NCBI RefSeq assembly: GCF_009914755.1
Contig: NC_060929.1
Length of the DNA stretch: 64,000 nucleotides
DNA from: the human T2T-CHM13v2.0 reference genome, Homo sapiens
Strand: one strand, 5' to 3'
The notes beneath the pieces were generated by a model. It searched no databases and was not told the DNA's origin. It was given only the letters and a program-made list of their open reading frames with translations. Positions within the stretch are counted from its first letter, which is position 1. Every line of letters starts with the position of its first letter. This document shows positions 30,622 to 45,595 of the stretch, piece after piece. The translations under genes and the position numbers were made by a program.

Positions 30622-33535
30622 CCTAGTTTCCTGATACCTAGTCCTTTGATTTTTCTGCTTAAAGAAGGACCAAATGTTTTAGCCATGGACCTAACTCTTT
30701 CCAGCATTTTATTCTAAGGAGAAGAAACAAAAAGAGAGTACCTGGGCCACATTAGATTAGGATACATGGTAATTTAAATGGGCAAAAATAATAATTATGA
30801 TAAAAAGAATGATGGTCATTTATGGAATGAAATCTATGTGCTAGACACTATGCTACAAGTTTACACTCCTTCTCTCATGAATTCTCACAATCCCATGGGA
30901 TAAATAATATTACCTTCATTTTATAAATGAGAAAACTGAGGCAAAGAGAGGTTAAATATTCTGCCAAGGGCATGTAAATATAAGTGACAGAGTCAGAATC
31001 CGAACCCTGACAGTCTAGCCCCAAAGCTTCTACACTAAGATGCACTGGACTGAAAGAACATAGTAATCTGCATCTGTATGAAATTCTGATTGCAAAATAT
31101 GTAGGGTGGTGGGGGTGGAGGTGGTGGCCAAGGCCTGGTGCTCCTGGATGACCTCACAGTCCCCTGTGGAACCAGACCTAAACTAGGGCTGGGGTGCATG
31201 GGGGACGCTTTATGGACCAGCTGACCAGTCCACCTTGGAATACTCTTTCTCAATTTCAGGGCAGCCTTGAAAGGGAGGCTGCATACCCAAAAAAGGTGCT
31301 CTCCTTCTAAGGAGGCAGCCTATTGAAGATAATATCTGGGGTCAGCAATCTTGGGTCTGGTATAGCCTGCTGATGTCTCCAGTGAGCCATTTTGCACTTC
31401 CTTCTCAGCAGTGGGTCCTGCTCTTTTATAAACAGGCATGCCGACAAGCCACTGCCATCAACTACACTCTAAGCAAGTTGGCCGAGAAGTGAATGATTCA
31501 TGGCGTCTCCCTGAAGACAAACCATCTTCCAAATTCCCCTCCACTTCTTCTTCATCTCTTGTTGGAACATTTCTGTGGTCCCTGTTTCTACAGAACCCAG
31601 GTGCACCACTGATTTACTGACCTCCTGCAACTTTCTCTTTTAAAGAATTAGCTGTAAGAATCAATGGATGCAGCGAGAGTAGTTTGGTTCTCGTCCATTT
31701 GGATAAATCATGACACTTTGGAAGGCATCTCTGGGGAAGAATTACAGTCTCGGATCACAGGAACTTTAGTTTGTATGTTTTTCTCTCCCCAGCCTGGAAG
31801 GGATATTGTTCCTAAAACTTTCTCCTAATGACAAGTTTGCTCATTTTTTATAGGGTTTAATTTTGTGCTTCACAACTTGCAGCTATTTCAAATTGGCAAG
31901 TCTACCCCTTCTCCTAGGGCATCTATCTGCTGTTGGGTCTTCAGAAAATCACAGGTTCTCTTCTTGGCATGTATATAAATGGGATCAAGCTGCAGAAATC
32001 TCTGCTGATAGCTATATCTGAAAGAAATCTGTGTTTTGGGTTCTGTGACTCTGTGCCAGTAAGATCTGCATGTGAAACCCTCAGAGAGGGTAGATCATCT
32101 CCGAGAAAGTTAACACACTTATTCACTGACGATGCAAGGTCACAAGGAAAGAGGGGAAGGGACAGGAAAGTCTTCTGAAAGTAGGACCTAGTTTTGAGCC
32201 CTGGCTCCCTGGGATCTTGGGCAGATCACTTAACCTCTCTGAGCCTCAGTTTCCTCATCTGTAAAATGGGAATGTTAATCCTATCCACATTTTAGGATGG
32301 TTAGGAGTCTGGAATGAAACGATAGACATATAGTGTTGGGCAAAATGCCTAGTGCAGTGGCTGATTCAACAAATGGTAATGATTATTACACTAACTTGAT
32401 GGAGAAATAAAGATCGGATCACTCTGTGATCACCTGTGGCCTCTGTGCCAGCAGCCACTCATTTGTTATTCCTCTGAAATATTCAACTCGTGTAATTTTA
32501 TATTTATGGCATGTGTCAGCCTCTTTTGCTATTAATGCATTAAAATAGGTTTCATTTTTTATTACAGATAAATTGCTGATGCTGTAAATCCTACTTCTTT
32601 TCCTTTACACTCTAGGGAGAAAAAGAAAGGGGTAAAGCCATTCAAGAGAATCAGGGAATAGAGAAAAATGTCTTGGGAATCTCCTGTTGGGACTCAGAGA
32701 AATTTTACCTTTTACATTTTACATGTACCCCAAACTTCATAGCTGTTTCCCAAAGAGACATTTAAGCTGTGTTTGCTATTGGTTGTTTTGGAGATGCTCG
32801 AGGGCATTGCTATGACGTTCACGGCCCAGCATTTGAAATAGTGTGGCTCAGTCCATATTGGAATTTGATGAGAGCTGCAAATGCATCTGTGATTACTAGA
32901 ATAACAGATATGCTGTGTGCCTTTATCATTATTTTTTACTGTGGACTTCATTGCTGGCCAGAGGGAGGACTGTGGCTGGAAGACAAGGTTCTCAAGAGTT
33001 CACCTGGCTCCACGCTGGGACACTGTCATAAGCAGATGAAAGGAAAATACTAAACAATTTAAGTGAAAAGTTGGCTGCTAAACCCATAGGACTGAGTGCA
33101 TATTGCATTTCTAGAGAAATGCCTTTTTCTCTGGTTAGGTAATAGCTTTGAGTGGCAGGCAAGGCCAGAGCTCAGTGGCCAAATCGCTTAACCAAGAAGG
33201 AAACTCCCAGAAGCACTCTCAGACCTCCAACCGTGTGACCTCAAGCGGCTCACACAGCTCTCTGGAGCCTCTCTCTCCTCAGTGATGTGAAGCCCTTGCT
33301 TTTCTCTTGCAGGGTGCACAGCTGTGAGGCTTTGGCCTGCATTCCAGGGAGCCTCCTTGTCATACTCTGAATATGAAAACTGTGAGGGGGACGTGCTAGG
33401 AACGAGAATGCTGGTTGCTAGATACAAAGGGAGGCTCTTGCAGAGAATCTCCTTTACAGAATCCATAAGTTCTTCTCTGTCTGGTCCAGAAGAATTTATG
33501 AGTGGATGCATCAATAATGATTAAAATAAAAAAGC

Positions 33536-33840
<305 letters not shown>

Positions 33841-34614
33841 CAATTGGTGGTCTGTGGAGTTTGAGAAAATGGAAAATGAGCGGGTGGTGGTGGCAGATTC
33901 TGCGTGGCATTTAGCTTCATGCATGGTCCTTGGTTCCCAAGCAAGGGGTGACCATACCCCTATCCTGAAGTGGGAATGTAGTGGTAATGGTCAGCAATTG
34001 GACACCCACCTTTTACACGTGTCTGCTGTTGACCCTCTAGGGCCCACCAGAGGGCCGTTCTTAGCGTTTGGTCCCTTGGCCAGGGAGCAGAATTAGGCTT
34101 TAATTACTCTCAACCTTTGTTGGAGGAAAAATGTCAGCCTGGATTGCCAATCAGTTTCTGATCTCAGATGAGGCCTGAGGGACTGAGAGAGGTGGGAGGA
34201 AGGAACGGTTACAGCTGAATCTCCCAAGTATTGCATAATGTAAGCCTGGGCCCCAGAAAGGCCTGAGAGGGACTCCTTTTCTCTTCTCATTGGAAACAGG
34301 AGGCATCAGAAGATATGCCTGCTCCATGAGTAATCCTCTCCTCTCTCTTCCTTCCCTCGCCCTTGCCTCCATTCTCACCTTTACCCAACATATATAATTA
34401 GGTCTATATATGATCATCTAACCCTAAAATCAAAGCCAAGCAGAAAGGTAATTCATCTTTCCAAAGATGTAGTAAGAACTAAAGCTACTCTCTGGGCTAT
34501 TTTACAAGCAAGTATTTTTTATTCATGGGCTGGTTGTCACAAAACTTTCTAGTAAATCAAGTATCTTCTTTCAAGACCCTGATTTTTTACCTAAAAAAAT
34601 CCTTCTGCTTTATT

Positions 34615-34780
34615 TGAACCAACCATTCCCAGGGAGCTTGCTGCAACTGCGGATTCCCATCCTCCACCCCACACTCTCTGATTCAGTGGCTTTGGGGCTG
34701 AAACCCAGCAACAAGTTTCCATAGACACCCAGGAGGTTCCGATGCAGATGGTCCACGACCACGCTTTGGGAGCACTGTCT
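34615..34780. mobile_element. MER5-like hAT DNA transposon remnant
   Basis: ctctgattcagtggctttgggg...gatgcagatggtccacgaccacgctttgggagcactg. Confidence 0.6.
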
Positions 34781-35295
34781 AGGGCCTACATCTTCAATGT
34801 AAACCCTCACGATGCCCTTGGCTGAGTGGAACTCAGTGACAATCGAACATTCCACTGAGACCTAATATCCTTCAGATGAGTCTGGCATCTGGAAGGCAGC
34901 ATGCTGTGGAATCTGGCTTGTTGGAAGACAGAACTGTGTTCTGCTGTGGCCGTTGCAATTACTATTTCCAGAATAATTGTGCAAGTGCCTCGCCTCTCTC
35001 AGCTTCAATTGCCTAATCTGAATGTTGAGCAAGTGCCTGACCCTTCCTGAGCAACAGTTCCTTCATCTGTAACATGGGGGTACTTTAATCAATCTCATCA
35101 TTGTGAGGATTAAGTGTGAAAACAAAAGGTACTTCAAGTGATCAGTAAATAATGGATCCTCGGTAAGTGGTAGCTCTCTTCTTTCTTTCCCTTAAGTTTC
35201 AGCCCAACAGATCTCTTTCGTCAGCTGTTATCATTGTAAAAATCATCAGTTAAAGGCAAATAAACTGGCCTCCAATTATGAGGATTTATTCTGAG

Positions 35296-35745
35296 TGTAC
35301 TTATGTCCCTTTGTTGAAATTACCACAAATTTAATGGCTTAAAACAACATAGATTTTACTCTTACAGTTCTGGAGGGCAGAAGTCCTCCAGAGCTGTAAA
35401 TCAGAGTGTCAGCAGAGCTGTGCTCTTTCTGGAGGCTCTAGGAGAGAAAACATCCCTTGCCTTCTCTCACTTTTGGGGTCTGCCATGCCTCCTGGCTTGT
35501 GACCACGGCACTCTGACCTTTGCCTCTGGCGTCACATCTCCTTCTCTGACTCTGATCCTCTGGCCTCCCTCTTTCTCTGCGGCCCTTGTGATTACACTGG
35601 GCCCACCAGACAACCCACCCTGCTCTCCTCCTTTGAAGTCCTTCACTTCATTTCATCTGCAAAGTCCCTTTTGCCAAATAAGGTCACATATGCAGAGGGT
35701 CTGTAGGATGTGGACACCTTAGGCATTATTTTGCCTACAAGCCTG
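35296..35745 (-). mobile_element. MLT1C/D-like MaLR LTR
   Basis: ccacaaatttaatggcttaaaacaac...ttacagttctggagggcagaagtc...ctgcaaagtcccttttgcc. Confidence 0.7.
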
Positions 35746-36289
35746 GGTTTTGATATTTAGCATTAGACATTTAGCAAGAGAACCTGAAGATCTGATGTTC
35801 TAACTCATTCTCCCAAAGAGATCACTGGGACAATTCAGACACCAGAGAAGGGAGATATTTTCACCTGGAGGGAGTTTTGTGGTTCCCCACAGTCAAACTT
35901 TGCCTTTCCCACTACAGTCAGGACAGAAGTCCTGGGCAATAATGTCTGATGGCCTGGAAGAACAAGGGTTTCAATGTCCTATGAAAGTGCAGCAAGCTCT
36001 CTGAGTCATCAAAGAAAGGTTCTCTCTTGTTGAAAGTATGTGGCATTCCAGTTATTTTGAAACTGGCAACCTACGGGCTTACATTCAGCTTAAAAAGACC
36101 CATTGAGAACCAGTTACATAGAAGCCCTCCTTCCTAATAAGAATATTTGCTTAATCCTTCATTTCCTCACCCAGGAGTGGTGGTGTACACTAATAGTAAC
36201 AATGACTTTACTTCTGGACAATTTAAACAGCTGTCTCAAGTCCACTACTGGTTTTCCTTCCTCTCCTAGTTAATAGAGTCATTTCTTTC

Positions 36290-37210
36290 TTTAATAAGAA
36301 CCTACTGAGCACCAAGTATGTATGAGACACTGATCCATGACTTTGAGAGACTAGCCATTTGCTGAAGGAAAGAAACTTATAAACACCATATTACAATGCA
36401 ATAGGATCAGTGACCTAGCAGATGAGGGCTCATGGCATGGGGGTCCTTCTGGGGAAGGATTGGATTGTGAGGTTGTCCAGATAACTGACATTTAAGCTGC
36501 AAGACTAAGAAATATCCACACAAAGCAGGGCAGAAAAGACGTCCCAGGAAAGCAAAGGAACTTATGTAAAGGCACAGAGGAATGACAGAACCACCAGCTG
36601 AGCACCTAGTTCCCCATGGCTGGAGAGGAGCCACAGACTACCTGAATCAGGACAAGATTGTTTAGCGGGGGAGTGACATGGTCAGATTCTATTTTTCAGG
36701 TGCAAGTTAGCAATCTGCATGGAGGATTACTTGAGATAAGGGAAAAGAGACCTGTGTCAAAAAGGTCAATTCACGTTCAAGTGACAAATGATGAGAGCCT
36801 TTTCTGAACCTGCGGCAGAGGAATTGGAGTGAAGGGGTTGGATTGAGCAGTTGGAATCAGTAGCTTATTTGGCATATGAAGAGAAAGTCAAGAGGGATTG
36901 TGATATCTTTATGGAGTTGCCTCTTGGTCAATGGTGTTGAACAAAGTAAATATGGGAAGAAAATTAATTTTGTGGTGAAATAGGTGTGTTTGGGGATATG
37001 ACAAATTTGAGTTGCCTTGGGATATGAAGTGGAAATGTCTGCATGTAGTTGCTTGAAAATTTTAGATAGATAGATAGATAGATTGATATAGATATCAGAT
37101 AAAAGGTAGCAGAAAGTGGTGCCACAGAAATAAAGTCCATGAGTGCAGTTGAAGTGATGGGAAGAAACTAAGGATAAGACGAGGAGCAGTCTGTCCAGGT
37201 GGACCCTGGA
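36290..37210 (-). mobile_element. L2 LINE fragments
   Basis: Antisense L2-like text (tactgagcacc..., gtgacatggtcagatt, ggaaatgtct...tagttg). Confidence 0.55.
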
Positions 37211-40200
37211 CAAACAAAACCTCTTCTATTTCTCTCACCTCTCTAGCACCTTTCAAATCCTACATGGCCAATCTCTCTCTTCACCCACCGAAAACCGTAA
37301 GGTTGCAACTCTGTCTTTCCAATTCCTCAACAGCATGCTTGGATGGGAGATGAAAAGTTTTCTGGGAAAGACCTCTTATTATTTTCCTTTAAAACATATT
37401 GGAGACATTTTACAACTGAAACCAAGCAGTTTTTTCCTGGGAGTTATGTCTAGAAAAGAAATGCGTGATCTCTGTAATCAAAGACCTCTAAAGAAGCACT
37501 GCTGACTATTTTTAGCATAAACATAAAGATGAATGCTGGAGATATGACTGGAAAAGTAGAGAAGGGAGTGAGGGAAGGAGGAGCAAGTGGCTTAGAGGGA
37601 CCTCGTGCCCTTGAGAAGGTGAAAAGGAGCCGATTCCTTAGGGCACCATTTCCCAAACTTCAATCACTCATTCTCCACCTTCATGGTTTTTGCAAGATTC
37701 CCCATACCATCTACACAGTTATTCACTTCACTTTTTTTCTCTAAATCCATTCGCTTTTTAAATTTAAAAACATGTTTTATGTAAAACAGGCAATATCACT
37801 TTTGGAAATGCAGACCTGCATCAATTACAAAAAGTATTTAAAAGGACTAGTTTTAGAAGTTAAAGCCTTCAATAAAAAAAGTAAAAATGATTGTATTCTA
37901 GCTAGATAACTATTGCTTGCTCAGGGCTGTGAAACTGAGACCTGCTCTTTCTTTGCAGAGAAATGTGATAAGCCAGCATTAGGAAGGTTTTAAAGACGTT
38001 CTAGTACCAAACTCAGATTTTCCCCTCTAGGTTATTGGAAGGATTGAAATAAATTTGAAAAGAGAACAACTTTCTTACTAAGTAATTTAATGTTATTTAA
38101 TCTTGGATGCTATGGTGGCATTCACTCAACCCTTTGGGTAACTTGTGCTAGGATTAATGCTAAGGAGAAGTGAAGGGAGTGATTGGGGCCAAAACAGCCT
38201 GGAATCAGCTGGTGGTTTAGAGCCAATTGCCACTCACTTCCTGTGGAGTCTACAGTAGTCAAAACCAAAGGATCCATTCACCTTTATGTACGGAAATCCC
38301 TGCAAGCTCCTGAGAGCCATGGATAGAATCTCTAGGCATTGGTGTTGGGTCTGTGCTCTTGGTGAGATAGGATGTATCCAAGTGTTCAATGGTAAGAGGA
38401 GAGCCAAGGAGGCTTAGGGAGCAGAGAGAAGGAGTTAGATAGAACCAGATGACCCCACATGTCTTGATAAGAGCAAGCAGCATAGCCATAGCCTCCAGCT
38501 GCTGGAGCCTCTGGGAAATACCACTTAGGAAACCGTATGCATGGCTAATTTAGCAGCAACATCTCCAGAGAAGAAGACCCAGTGGGCAATCCATCATGCG
38601 CTGGATCATGCTGCTTTATGTACAGTGACATGCACTGAGCGCATCCATCATCGGGGAGAGAGATCACGGCTTAACAAGGCCTGGGGATGAGTATTTCACA
38701 TCACTTATTCATTCGTTTCTAAGATCTGACTTTCCAGAACACAACGCAAGTTTGAAGTCATTTGAATGTTTTCTAAAAAAAAATGACAACTCTCATCTTC
38801 CCACTGTTACTACGATGGGGCTGTTCAGATCTCTGCTTTCATCAAATTAATTGCCCGTTCCCTTGCAATGGCTTAGATACAAGGATATAGATTCTTTCTG
38901 GGAGAACAGTCTGGCTTTGAATGGTAATGAGGGATATATGCATACAATTGCTGTTCTTCTGGAAAGGATGGTGTGCATGAAGGTTTGCTAACCCAACCAG
39001 GGGTGTAACTTAATTTAGAATGTTTGCTGGAGATGTTTGAATTAAGTGCTAGAAAAATGCAAACATTCTCAGACATGTTGGAAGGTCATAGTTTAGCCAA
39101 ATATTGTCACTTTTAATTCGGTTTAGAATATCAGAATGTCAGAACTAAAAGGGACTCTTGGGGCCATTTAATTAAAGACCCTCATTTTTCAGATGGGGAA
39201 AATGATTTGCCCAAGGCGAGGTCATGAAACTCATAGTAGACTTGGAAATCACCCCTTGCCCTTTTTACTTATATAGGCCAAATATAAAATCATTTTAAGG
39301 TAACAGAAAATACATTATCTGGCTCCGGAAAAGAAGAGAGACTATCCAAAATTTAAATGGAGGTTAGTTCAAATTAATTCTTCTTGTTTATGATGAATAG
39401 TTTTGTCCTCTCTGTCTAGACATTTAATAATTTTTGTCCCTTCTAATGATTAGAAAATTTGTTCAAGTTAGAAGATACAAAAAAAGAAGCAGCAAAAAGA
39501 GAGCAATTGATGAAACTTCTGCTTAGGCTTTCCAATGCTGCAGGGCTCTTCCGGGGCCCTCTTTTTTAAAGGAAGACTTCACATTGAGGTGAAAGGCATT
39601 TATCTGTGAGCAGTCCTGACGCTTCTGTTATTTGATTAAAAACAGGTGGTTCCTCTTTGTAAGGAGCTGATGGGTTCAATGAAAAGATGCTCAAGGCCCT
39701 GCCTAAGTGCAAGCACCTTCTGCCTTCCAGGCATATGGTCTCTTACTCATTGAAATTTCAGGATTCTGCCAGAGAGAATGAGAAGTTTTAAAAGAAGACA
39801 TAGGCAACCCAATTAGGCTCCAGTTTGCTCAGGCCCTAAGCTGCCAGTTTTCAACAAAAAGAGAAGTGTAATAGAGAAAGCAAAACTGTTCACTTTGGTC
39901 AACAAAATTAGATGTCGTCAACGGAAATTACTGCTTTTGACCACTTTTCTACTATGCCATGGAAAGTGGGCTTCCAGCTAAGGGGGCATTGATCTTTCTA
40001 GTAAAAACAGGTATAAACCCTTGCATTTGTTCAGAGGTTTGCAGTTACAAAACACATTCACATATATTATTTCATTTGGTCTTCATGGCAACTCTGAATA
40101 GGGATAATTGTTCCCTATTCAGATAAGGAAAGTGAGCCCAGATTAAGTTAGCTGGTGGCAGACTTGGGGATTAAAACACAGATCTTTGACTCCAAGTTTA

Positions 40201-40662
40201 CACTGTATATCATGTTTCCCTTTTGTCACTTATAAAAATTTACTGCAGCAAACTTACTCTGTGCTAGAAGGAAATGACATACTTAGAAATGAACATAAAG
40301 TTCTTATCATGGTTCTTGACTGTGCCAAGTAAGGGCTTGGCATAGCATAGCTACTGTTGAGGAAGAGGCAGTGTGGTGGAATAATTAAGATCACAGGTTT
40401 GGGATTTGAAAAATCTGGATGTGAGTCCTGAGTTTGGCCCTTTCTGCTCTAGGAAAATGCTCTGTGTGAGCGAGACCGAATGCCTTAACTTTCCTGAAGG
40501 TGGAATGAGATGCAAATGTGCATGCCAAGCTTACCATGATGCCTGCACTTAGTGTTTGATAAGCCTAGGGATGATTACATCAAAAGGGTATGCTCATAGA
40601 CTTTGTTCTAAGGAAACAAAGCAATCCCTGCCTTGGAACCAGATGTTAACATTTCATAGTTA

Positions 40663-40878
<216 letters not shown>

Positions 40879-41958
40879 CTATGGGCAAAAGTCACGTGGG
40901 CCACAAACATTCAACCTACTTGTCCCTTAGTCCCTATAGCACAGCATTCACGGTGCTCTGAAGTTGCACGGCCATTACAAATAAGGAAACAAGAATGTCA
41001 CGACAATAGGAGCTCACATGTCTAGAAGGCTTTATACGTGTTAAAGATTTCTCAAGCTGAGAGTTTTTTCATGCTGACAACAATCCTGTTGTGAGATGAG
41101 GGATTCTGCAGGTGAGTGGAAGGGAGGTTATTAAAACTCCTGACCTCTTAGTTCAGTACATTTCATTCTGCATCATCACAGTGTTTCTCTCCTATACGGC
41201 AGTGCTGATTCTGATTCATACAGCAAACAGCAGTTAATGACTTCTCTCTCCTACTGTTTTTGATGAGCTTTAGCCATTGCTTCTTCTTTGTCTTTAGAGA
41301 GCACTTTCTGCAGGGACGAGCATTTCGCATCTAAACAAATAACTGCCTTTTCCTCCTATACTGGTGCTGAGTCACCCAGGAAAGCATTTTGTGACTTTTT
41401 TTCTCTTTGCCGAAAATGAATTGTGCAAAATGAATTGTGATCTCATTTCAGTTCCAATTAGTTGGTCATTGATGGGCCAGCCCGTCATCAAAGTAGTCAG
41501 TACAGGGGAAGGTCAATAGTAAGCTGAGTGGCCATCTCAAGTCCTTTGTCACAATGACATGAAGAACAGAAATACTGTACAAATGCAGTAGCTTGCTAAG
41601 AGGAGGGGGATGGGGAAGTGCCTTCCTGCTATCATTTTCCCCCATCATGTATCAATAGAACCCTCATCTTCATAAAAATCATTTTTGATCTTACTGCTCC
41701 ATTGCTGCCTTTCCCCATTCTGTTAACACCTGAAAACGAAAACAAACAGCAGTAGAAATCCACAGAAATCCACCAAAGCCTAGAACTAAATGAAATTCCA
41801 TTAGAGAAAAGGGAGGTCTGTGGTTATGATTTGGAGAAACAACAGTGCTTCAAACATTTTGGAGACATTTTTACTAAAAGAAACCAAAGCTGTCTCTGCC
41901 CCTGTGTTGGCAAATGACTTCACCCAGTCATTTTTAATATGAAAAAAAAATCTCCTTA

Positions 41959-44223
<2,265 letters not shown>

Positions 44224-45530
44224 CTGAAAGGGAAGAGACAACAGTGGCCAATGAGAAGGCAGTTTCTGTGGACCTGGATTTCTCTTCAAATTCTAACTTC
44301 CTAGCTGAGTATTTTGAGTGGAGGGTCTAGGAATAAGTCAACCACGTGGCCTTTCTCTCGGTTCTCTTTGTGAACCAGGTGCTTTGTGGGTGCAGGGCCT
44401 TGGAACAAAATGCCTGTCTGCCTGGACCCTTTTCTCTCTCCATTTCTGCACAGCACTCAGCCAACTCCTGTTCATCAGTCAAGTCCCAGCAATTTCTCAG
44501 GCAGCCTTTACAATGTCTCCCTCTTACTCACACACCCAGTGCCAAGACCACATCAGGACCCATTGTACATCCTCGTCACATTTTTCACAATACAAATTGC
44601 AACTGTTATTAAATAAGCATTTGTGTATGTATTTATTTAATGTGCATCTCCTCCACTACCCTGTAGACTCCGGAGGGCAGAGGCTGGAACCATCTCATTC
44701 ACTGCTTGAGCATTCCTAGCCCTCTTTCTGGCTCACTATAGGTGCTTAAGCAGAATTTGTTGAAAAAGTGGATGGTTGGATGAAGGGCAGGTCCTTGTGA
44801 ATTAAAGAGAGCCTGGGCATGAAGAGGAGTGAAGGTCCTAGGGTATCCTGCTAGGGCAACAGGACCTGTGAACTCGTTCTGCTATGACTGCAACATTTAT
44901 TTAAGGACAAAATTCTCCCCTGATGTCTTCATTTCTTATTGCTTTTCAGGAGATAAATGTGCATGAACTTCTCTGAGGAACAACTACCTCATAATAATAA
45001 TAGCCACCATTTATTGAGCACATACTTTTACCATGCTGAGGACTTTACATGCATTAATTAAAACAACTCATATTTACTGAGTACTAACTAATGTGACAGA
45101 TGCTGTTCTAAGCGCTTTCCAAGCCATAACTCATTCATTAATCACAAACTACTCTATAAGGTAGATAATATTTTTGTCCCCATTTACAGTTGAATAAACC
45201 GAGGCCCAGAAGGGTTAAGTAACTTGCCTAAACATATCCTACTGCTTTTCCAATATTGCATTATCTCATTTAATCCTTACAAAAAAATCCATGAGGTGCC
45301 ATTATCCCCCTTAGACTTACGGGGAAATTGAAGCTTAGAGAGGGTAAGTACTCAGTAGAGGAGCTAGAATTTGAACCCAGGTGTCTGTCATTCCAAAGTC
45401 TGCATTCTTAACTATGAAGTTATGACTCTGCCCTTTTGGGATCTGCATGATATGTTGACAGTTGCTAAGAACAAGGGTAAAAGACCCTTGCAGATCTGGA
45501 GTGATCTGCATCTCTCTTTATAAAGAAAAA

Positions 45531-45595
45531 AACCCCTCTTTTTCTTTATAAATTACACAGTCTCTGGTATGTCTTTATTAGTGGCGTGAGAACAA
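45531..45595 (+). mobile_element. Orphan ~65-bp 3' fragment of a THE1/MST LTR
   Basis: cctctttttctttataaattacacagtctctggtatgtctttattagtggcgtgagaac resembles the MaLR LTR 3' end. Confidence 0.7.
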
